Assembly (NCBI GenBank): GCA_051276225.1
Contig: JBNMPD010000001.1
Span: forward strand, 7,502-71,501
Reading direction: 5' to 3'
Origin: Flavobacteriales bacterium
GTDB lineage: Bacteria > Pseudomonadota > Gammaproteobacteria > Enterobacterales > Alteromonadaceae
Length of the DNA: 64,000 bases
Part shown: in pieces, positions 57,693-64,000 of the stretch
How positions within the stretch are numbered: the stretch's first letter is position 1
How the letters are laid out: every line of letters begins with the position of its first letter
Notes under the pieces: generated by a model
What the model saw: only the letters and a program-made list of their open reading frames with translations
What the model was told of the DNA's origin: nothing
Database searches by the model: none
Translations under genes and position numbers: made by a program

Positions 57693-58340
57693 CTAAACCT
57701 TATCTTGGGTTAAGAATTTAATGCTTTGCATAAGCAACTGGCTGCCATGTGAGGTCAAAATAGATTCTGGGTGAAACTGAAAGCCCAACATTTTATCTTC
57801 CAAATGCGCCACTGCCATAGGGATGTCTGCAAAATTTGCTAATATAGTTAATTCATCGGGTATATTGCTAGCCATAAGTGAATGATAACGGGCCACCGGT
57901 AATGGCTGTGGCATGTTGGCAAACATCTTATCAGCGCAATGCTCAATCAAAGAGGATTTTCCATGCATTACTTTATCGGCACGAATAATATTGCCGCCGT
58001 AAGACTCAACAATCGCTTGATGCCCCAAACAAATCCCCAACACAGGAAATTGACCTTTTACTAGGTTTAGCAATGTCAACATTGAGCCTGCCTGAGAAGG
58101 ATTACCTGGACCGGGTGATAACATCAGCATCACTTGTTTAGTCTTACCGTTTTCGTCTGTCTGTTGTGTTTTGTCATACATTTTTTGTAAAACTACATCC
58201 GCCGAAACACTATTGCGATACACTATTAATTCAAGGCCTAATGTTCTTAATTCATCCACTAAGTTATATGTAAACGAATCGAAATTATCCAATAAAAACA
58301 CACAAATTTGTCTGTTAGTTTGAGCTGGTTGTGAAGTCAC
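57693..58340 (-). CDS. trpG: Anthranilate synthase component II
   Basis: [28 protein letters not shown]. Confidence 0.96.
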   Translation of the reverse strand: MTSQPAQTNRQICVFLLDNFDSFTYNLVDELRTLGLELIVYRNSVSADVVLQKMYDKTQQTDENGKTKQVMLMLSPGPGNPSQAGSMLTLLNLVKGQFPVLGICLGHQAIVESYGGNIIRADKVMHGKSSLIEHCADKMFANMPQPLPVARYHSLMASNIPDELTILANFADIPMAVAHLEDKMLGFQFHPESILTSHGSQLLMQSIKFLTQDKV

Positions 58341-59959
58341 AATGCTGCTCCTTTTAATTTAGTACTGGTTGCTTGCGAGCTGGAAATAATAGCGCCTATT
58401 ACTGCTTGTGCCTTGCTTCGAGTTTCATCCGCTTCTGACTGTGGATCAGAGTCATACACTACACCCGCACCTGCCTGTATATAGGCCGTATCATTTTTTA
58501 CAAATGCTGAACGAATAACGATGCACGTATCCATATCACCTTGACTGTTAATATAACCCACTGCCCCCCCATAACTGCCACGTCGTTGTTTTTCTACCTG
58601 ACGAATTAATGTGGCGGCGCTGACTTTTGGCGCGCCAACTAACGTGCCCATATTCATGCAGGCTTGATAAGCATTTAGAGCGTCTAAATCATCACGTAAC
58701 TGCCCAACCACCCGAGATACCAAATGCATCACATGGGAGTAGCGATCAACTTTTAGTAAATCGGTAACATATCGTGTTCCTGGTCTACATACCTTAGCTA
58801 CGTCATTACGAGCCAAATCGACCAGCATTATATGTTCGGAGCGTTCTTTTTGATCTTCTTGAAGGTTGAGTTCTAAGCGGGAGTCTAAGTCTAGATCTAT
58901 ACTACCGTCTGCTCGTTTACCTCTTGGGCGAGTACCAGCGATAGGGTAAATTTCGACTTGATTGCTTTGTTTGGTGTACTTTAATGCTGACTCAGGTGAT
59001 GCGCCAAACATACAAAAATCGTCGTCTTGCAGAAAAAACATATAAGGACTGGGGTTTTGCTGTTTTAAAGCACGGTAAGCATCGTGGGGATGAGGGCAGG
59101 GCAAACTAAAAGTACGCGAAGGTACCACTTGGAAAATATCACCAACCAGTATGTTTTCTTTGAGTCTAATTACATCATCTATGAATTCTTGATCGGACTT
59201 ATTGACCACTAAGTCATCAACAGTGATGGCTGTTTTTGCTTTGTTAGGATCAGCGAAAGGTTTTATGGTGCTGAGTTTGTGTTTGACTTGTTCTAATCGT
59301 TGACTCACTGAGAAATAATTATTACCAACATTTTTTCCACTAAACACACTGCCAATGATTTCACTTTGTTTTGTTTGGTGGTCGATAATCACCAAGGTTT
59401 CTGCCAGATAAAACACAAAATCTGGGCAACTGTTTGGGCTATCTTCAACTTCAGGTAGTTCTTCAAAACTAGCCAATAAATCATATGCCAATGCGCCACC
59501 CAAAAATACTGCATGAGGGTGTTGGCGAATAGCGGTAATTTTATTGGTGATCAATCGTAAAGCATCAAATACTGCAGGGGCTTTTAAACGACGATCTTCA
59601 TCAAGCTCTGAATCTGGGGACGGAAAAGTGAGGGTTACAAGACCGTTTGTTGAGTCATAGTCGTGTGTCACACCAACGGGACAATATTCGTCAAACATAG
59701 GTAATACCGCATGACCGTTGTCTGACAATGCTCGGCAATAGACTTGCTGGCCTTGGCATTCTAATTTAATTGCAGCATCGACCAATAACAAACTTTTAAG
59801 ATTATCTTTACTGTTAATTTCGGCAGACTCTAATAGTAAATTATTACTACGACCCTGACATAGATACTGGAATGCCAGTAGAGGATCGGCCACGTAATCG
59901 GCGGCTACTATCAAGGTCTCTACTTTACCAAATTGCTCTGTTAACTGGGCTAAACTCAT
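58337..59959 (-). CDS. trpE: Anthranilate synthase component I
   Basis: LLESAE, GDIFQVVPSR, NPSPYM, EHIMLVDLARND, QAGAGVV. Confidence 0.97.
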   Translation of the reverse strand: MSLAQLTEQFGKVETLIVAADYVADPLLAFQYLCQGRSNNLLLESAEINSKDNLKSLLLVDAAIKLECQGQQVYCRALSDNGHAVLPMFDEYCPVGVTHDYDSTNGLVTLTFPSPDSELDEDRRLKAPAVFDALRLITNKITAIRQHPHAVFLGGALAYDLLASFEELPEVEDSPNSCPDFVFYLAETLVIIDHQTKQSEIIGSVFSGKNVGNNYFSVSQRLEQVKHKLSTIKPFADPNKAKTAITVDDLVVNKSDQEFIDDVIRLKENILVGDIFQVVPSRTFSLPCPHPHDAYRALKQQNPSPYMFFLQDDDFCMFGASPESALKYTKQSNQVEIYPIAGTRPRGKRADGSIDLDLDSRLELNLQEDQKERSEHIMLVDLARNDVAKVCRPGTRYVTDLLKVDRYSHVMHLVSRVVGQLRDDLDALNAYQACMNMGTLVGAPKVSAATLIRQVEKQRRGSYGGAVGYINSQGDMDTCIVIRSAFVKNDTAYIQAGAGVVYDSDPQSEADETRSKAQAVIGAIISSSQATSTKLKGAAL

Positions 59960-60001
59960 TTCTTTGATTCTCTATAACAATTTATCTTGAAGAGCAGACG
60001 T

Positions 60002-60031
60002 AAAAAAGCCCGCGATGTACGGGCTTTTTTT
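60002..60031 (-). terminator. trp attenuator terminator
   Basis: Minus strand A8-GCCCG-TACATCG-CGGGC-T6. The GGGCT just after the leader stop can pair with AGCCC as an antiterminator. Confidence 0.9.
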
Positions 60032-60067
60032 GAAATTTATTTGTAAAATACAAACACTCACAGCCCA

Positions 60068-60118
60068 TTAGTTCAGGTTGTGCCACCACCAAATGTTGTG
60101 TGTTTGAATTTTTTTCAT
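60068..60118 (-). CDS. trpL: trp operon leader peptide MKKIQTHNIWWWHNLN
   Basis: 16-codon ORF with three tandem TGG codons upstream of the terminator and trpE; not in the ORF track. Confidence 0.92.
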   Translation of the reverse strand: MKKIQTHNIWWWHNLN

Positions 60119-60296
60119 TATTTATTTACTCGTTATAAGTTTAAACCTGTTATTCGGCTGTTATTAATGTGGAGATCAGTATAATAGCGCCAAGCAACTT
60201 AAATTTGTGTGCATAGAAGAAAGCAAAAACACTTGTATGTCAACACACAAATTAATCTTAACCATAAATAAAACCATTAATAAAAGTGTTTACTGA

Positions 60297-61136
60297 ATGA
60301 AAATCGACTTACACAGCCATACCAATTATTCTGATGGGCATCTATCTCCTAAAGAGTTAATCGATCGCGCCCACAATATGCAAGTCAATGTCTTAGCGAT
60401 TACAGACCATGACACTGTGGATGGAATTCAAGAGGCGATGGATTACCAATTTAAACAAAAACGTTCTATGTGCATACTACCGGGTGTAGAAATTTCTACT
60501 TCTTGGCATAACTTTGATATTCATATTTTGGGTTTAAATGTCGACCATAACAATACTCAGTTTTTATCCCGCTTAGAGCAGCAAAGCCAAGAACGTGACC
60601 GACGTGCCCAGCAGATGTCTGACAAGTTAGCTAAGGTGGGTATTGAAAATGTGTTTGAGCAAGCAAAAATCTTAGCAGGAAAAGGCCAGATTACTCGTGC
60701 TCACTTCGCTAGAGTATTAGTAGAACGCCGGGTAGTAAAAGACTTTGACGCAGTATTTAAAAAGTATCTAGGCAAAGGTAAAAAAGCACATGTTAAACCT
60801 CAATGGATTGACATAGAAGAAGCTATTACATGGATACAAGACGCGGGTGGTAAAGCTGTATTAGCTCATCCTGGACATTATGATATGACAAGCAAATGGT
60901 TAAAACGTTTGGTTGAAGAGTTCGCAAATGCTGGTGGAGATGGCATGGAAGTTATCCATTCTCATCTTACTCCAGAGCGCAAAAAACTATTGGCTGACAT
61001 GGCGGCAGAACATAATTTGCAAGCCTCGAGTGGTTCTGATTTTCATTACCCAAATCGCTGGACCGAATTAGGTAAAAACCTATCGCTTCCAGCACAACTT
61101 GTGCCAATATGGCACGATTGGCCTCTTGTTGGCTAA
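60297..61136 (+). CDS. rnm: PHP domain RNase AM (YciV/TrpH)
   Basis: DLHSHT, ITDHDT, GVEIS, LAHP, GSDFH; divergent from trp. Confidence 0.92.
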   Translation: MKIDLHSHTNYSDGHLSPKELIDRAHNMQVNVLAITDHDTVDGIQEAMDYQFKQKRSMCILPGVEISTSWHNFDIHILGLNVDHNNTQFLSRLEQQSQERDRRAQQMSDKLAKVGIENVFEQAKILAGKGQITRAHFARVLVERRVVKDFDAVFKKYLGKGKKAHVKPQWIDIEEAITWIQDAGGKAVLAHPGHYDMTSKWLKRLVEEFANAGGDGMEVIHSHLTPERKKLLADMAAEHNLQASSGSDFHYPNRWTELGKNLSLPAQLVPIWHDWPLVG

Positions 61137-61230
61137 CAGAAGACCTGCTAGAAGGGCTGAGTAACAAATAGTTAGCTTTTACGATACTTAATAAGCAATA
61201 CTGCTGTGATAGTAGAATAGGAATGTATTT

Positions 61231-61851
61231 ATGAGTCAGTTTTTTTATATTCACCCTGAGAACCCTCAAATTCGCTTGATCAAACAAGCATGCGAGCTCA
61301 TTCATAAAGGTGCTGTAGTGGTATATCCTACAGATTCTGGCTATTCCATTGGTTGTCACATGAATGACAAAAATGCCCTTGAGCAGGTCTGCCGTATCCG
61401 CCAAATCGGTAAAGACCACAATTTTACTCTCCTGTGTCGTGATGTGTCTGAACTGTCTGAATATGCCAAAGTGGACAATACGGCTTTCAGAATGATCAAA
61501 AACAATACCCCAGGGCCCTATACTTTTATCTTAAAAGCCACTAAAGAAGTGCCTAAAAGACTGCAAAATCCCAAACGCAGAACGATTGGGATCAGAATAC
61601 CTAACAATAAAATCGCCTTGGCGCTGTTAGAAGAATTAGGTGAACCAATAATGTCTGCTACGCTTATTTTGCCAGGTGCACTGGTCGCCGAGTCCAATCC
61701 TGATGACATTCGTGATGAATTAGAAAAAAAGGTGGGTTTGATCATTCATGGTGGGTTTTTAGGTGAACACCCTACTACCGTGATTGACATGTCAGAAGGT
61801 GAAAATATTATTATTCGAGAAGGCAGTGGCGACACTAGCCCTTTCATTTAG
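61231..61851 (+). CDS. yciO: Sua5/YciO/YrdC family protein
   Basis: MSQFFYIHPENPQ, YPTDSGY, TPGPYTFIL. Confidence 0.93.
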   Translation: MSQFFYIHPENPQIRLIKQACELIHKGAVVVYPTDSGYSIGCHMNDKNALEQVCRIRQIGKDHNFTLLCRDVSELSEYAKVDNTAFRMIKNNTPGPYTFILKATKEVPKRLQNPKRRTIGIRIPNNKIALALLEELGEPIMSATLILPGALVAESNPDDIRDELEKKVGLIIHGGFLGEHPTTVIDMSEGENIIIREGSGDTSPFI

Positions 61852-61868
61852 TTAAATAATTCATTTTT

Positions 61869-62726
61869 ATGTCTGCAGATAACTCTTCTTTTTCAGCCTC
61901 AAAATCAGGCAACTTACAAGTGCAGCAGCCGTTGCCATTGGCGTTTGTTAACGGCCAGGCTTTAATCGAAAAACCTGAGGACCTGTTCATCCCTCCAGAT
62001 GCACTTGAACTGATTTTAGACGCTTTTGAAGGGCCTCTGGATTTATTATTATACCTTATCCGTAAACAAAAGTTCGATATAGTCAACTTACCTGTGTATC
62101 AAGTAACCCAACAATATATGGAATATGTAGAGTTGATGAAGGATATCAAATTAGAATTAGCCGCTGAGTATTTATTGATGGCCGCTATTTTAGCTGAGGT
62201 TAAATCTCGTTTGTTGCTGCCCAAGCGACTCGATACAGAAGAAGATGAAGAGGACCCTCGCGCCGAATTAATTCGCCGCTTAAGGGAATATGAGTTGGTC
62301 AAAAACGCAGCGCAAGAATTAGATAGTATTCCTCGCCAAGAGCGAGATGTATTCCCCGCGCAGGCACAACTTTCCGATTCAATAGCCCCCGTTCGAGTTC
62401 TGCCTAGCGTCAGTTTACAAGAAATAGTTTTTGGGTTTCAATCGGCGATGCAAAGAGCACAAGCTTTTGAACATCATCATATTAAAAAAGAAACACTGTC
62501 GACGCGTGAACGCATGAGTCTAATTTTAGAGAAAATTTCTTGTGAACATTTCACTGGTTTTGACGAGTTATTTTTGGCTAGTGAAGGCAAGGCTGGGGTA
62601 GTGGTGACCTTTTTAGCGATTTTAGAGCTGGGCAAAGAAAATTTAATTGAACTGGTTCAAGCTCAACCTTACGCTAATATTCATATTCGTGTCTCCCTTG
62701 AAGTGCCACAAGGAGTAGAATATTAA
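61869..62726 (+). CDS. scpA: Segregation and condensation protein A
   Basis: FEGPLDLLLYLI, AAEYLLMAA, VVTFLAILEL. Confidence 0.95.
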   Translation: MSADNSSFSASKSGNLQVQQPLPLAFVNGQALIEKPEDLFIPPDALELILDAFEGPLDLLLYLIRKQKFDIVNLPVYQVTQQYMEYVELMKDIKLELAAEYLLMAAILAEVKSRLLLPKRLDTEEDEEDPRAELIRRLREYELVKNAAQELDSIPRQERDVFPAQAQLSDSIAPVRVLPSVSLQEIVFGFQSAMQRAQAFEHHHIKKETLSTRERMSLILEKISCEHFTGFDELFLASEGKAGVVVTFLAILELGKENLIELVQAQPYANIHIRVSLEVPQGVEY

Positions 62727-63397
62727 TGTCTAAGATTTCTCGCGCTCAATTAAAACAATTAATTGAAGCTGCGATTTTTGTAGCTGAGCAACCCCTTAGT
62801 CAAGATCAGATGCAGTTAACTGTACTAGACGGATTGGCCGTTAGTAAAACCATGCTCAAAGATACTTTGGCAGAGCTAAAACTGGATTACCAAACCAGAG
62901 GTATTCAACTGGTTGAAGTGGCTTCGGGTTTCCGCTTTCAATCTATGGACAGCTTAAGCCCTTGGCTTAGTAAACTTTGGCAAGAAAAAGCGCCACGCTA
63001 TTCACGAGCGATGCTTGAAATACTTTCTTTGATTGCCTACAGGCAACCTATTACGCGCGGTGAAATTGAGGACGTGCGTGGTGTGTCTGTTAGTAGTCAC
63101 ATTATGAAAACCTTGAGTGAAAGAGGTTGGATAAAAATCATTGGACACAAAGAAGTGCCTGGCAGACCCTCTTTGTATGCCACCACAAAAACATTCCTTG
63201 ATTATTTTTCTTTAAAAAGTTTGAGTGATTTACCCAGTAATGATGACTTTTTAGTATCTAAAGAAACAGACAATCCACTTAATATTCTATCGAGTGAGTC
63301 TAGCAATAGACTCACTGACGATAATTCCCCACAACAATCTGCAGAAGGGTCTAATATTGAACCGTATGATGCAGATGAACCAGAGCAATTACATTAA
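62726..63397 (+). CDS. scpB: Segregation and condensation protein B
   Basis: [34 protein letters not shown]. Confidence 0.95.
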   Translation: MSKISRAQLKQLIEAAIFVAEQPLSQDQMQLTVLDGLAVSKTMLKDTLAELKLDYQTRGIQLVEVASGFRFQSMDSLSPWLSKLWQEKAPRYSRAMLEILSLIAYRQPITRGEIEDVRGVSVSSHIMKTLSERGWIKIIGHKEVPGRPSLYATTKTFLDYFSLKSLSDLPSNDDFLVSKETDNPLNILSSESSNRLTDDNSPQQSAEGSNIEPYDADEPEQLH

Positions 63398-64000
63398 TGA
63401 GTGATAAATTACAAAAAGTACTGGCTAACGCTGGAGTAGGTTCGCGCCGCGAAATGGAAAAATGGATAGAGGCAGCGCGTATTTCCGTCAATGGTAAAAT
63501 TGCAACTTTAGGTGACAGAGTCGAATCTGCTGACAAAATACGCGTCGATGGCAATCCGCTTAGTACTTCCAATGACACACCTGTTTGCCGAGTGTTGATG
63601 TACAATAAACCTGAGGGTGAACTGTGCAGTCGAAAAGATCCTGAAGGTCGGGCAACCGTGTTTGATCGTTTGCCAAGTATCAAAAATGGCCGCTGGATTG
63701 CAGTAGGCCGTTTAGATATTAATACCAGTGGTTTATTATTATTTACCAATGATGGTGAGCTGGCGAATCGCTTAATGCATCCTAAACACGAAGTAGAGCG
63801 TGAGTATTCGGTGCGGGTGTTTGGTGAAGTTGAAAATATCATGCTTAAGCGTTTAACTGATGGTGTAAAATTAGAAGACGGTGAAGCCAAATTCACACAT
63901 ATTGTTAAAAAGCCCGGTGACGAAGAAAGTCAAAATACTTGGTATAATGTGAGCCTGTCTGAAGGCAGAAACCGTGAAGTAAGGCGTTTATGGGAATCAC
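63397..64000 (+). CDS. rluB: 23S rRNA pseudouridine synthase B, 3'-truncated by the window edge
   Basis: ATG 63397 overlaps the scpB stop: [19 protein letters not shown] (S4 domain), [34 protein letters not shown]. Absent from the ORF track because there is no stop in the window. Confidence 0.95.
   Translation, partial: MSDKLQKVLANAGVGSRREMEKWIEAARISVNGKIATLGDRVESADKIRVDGNPLSTSNDTPVCRVLMYNKPEGELCSRKDPEGRATVFDRLPSIKNGRWIAVGRLDINTSGLLLFTNDGELANRLMHPKHEVEREYSVRVFGEVENIMLKRLTDGVKLEDGEAKFTHIVKKPGDEESQNTWYNVSLSEGRNREVRRLWES

Noticed and set aside
60210-60243. trp operon sigma70 promoter (TTGACA on the minus strand)
   Set aside because: The -35 is perfect, but there is no acceptable -10 at 16-18 nt spacing; not called.
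61869-63397. scpAB as a Wadjet/MksBEF-like defence system
   Set aside because: These are canonical ScpA/ScpB sequences in the conserved yciO-scpA-scpB-rluB context, i.e. housekeeping condensin subunits.

Overview
AT-rich (roughly 40% GC by eye) gammaproteobacterial chromosome segment. Gene order and protein features suggest Alteromonadaceae, Paraglaciecola/Glaciecola-like (inference). Core content in order: TonB2-type ttpC-exbB-exbD-tonB-ttpD cluster; OxyR-type regulator; fabH-like gene plus PEP-CTERM regulators prsK/prsR; yggN, hemW, rdgB; srmB; SWIM-SNF2 helicase; GlyGly-CTERM M12 metalloprotease; fasciclin protein; LysR-bauA-mmsA-TRAP catabolic cluster; dusC; amidohydrolase pair; tesA-ybbAP; folX-yfcH; AI-2E transporter; PepSY-RR-HK module; arfB, yciI; complete trpEGDCFBA operon with a WWW leader peptide and attenuator; rnm-yciO-scpA-scpB-rluB. 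Several apparent intergenic gaps are unannotated pseudogenes: a coiled-coil protein, two DUF1566/Lcl genes, DUF4389 and IS3 relics. Best leads: (1) a sigma54 + IHF + PspF-like enhancer promoter in front of a DUF1707/LiaF(Toastrack) gene; (2) an intact IS3-derived OrfAB fusion whose frameshift is locked in frame and whose catalytic domain is gone; (3) a beta-alanine-type cluster using a TRAP transporter; (4) an active/inactive secreted amidohydrolase pair; (5) candidate structured RNAs. No rRNA, tRNA, CRISPR array, reverse transcriptase or intact mobile element was seen. All family calls are by eye, with no database searches run.
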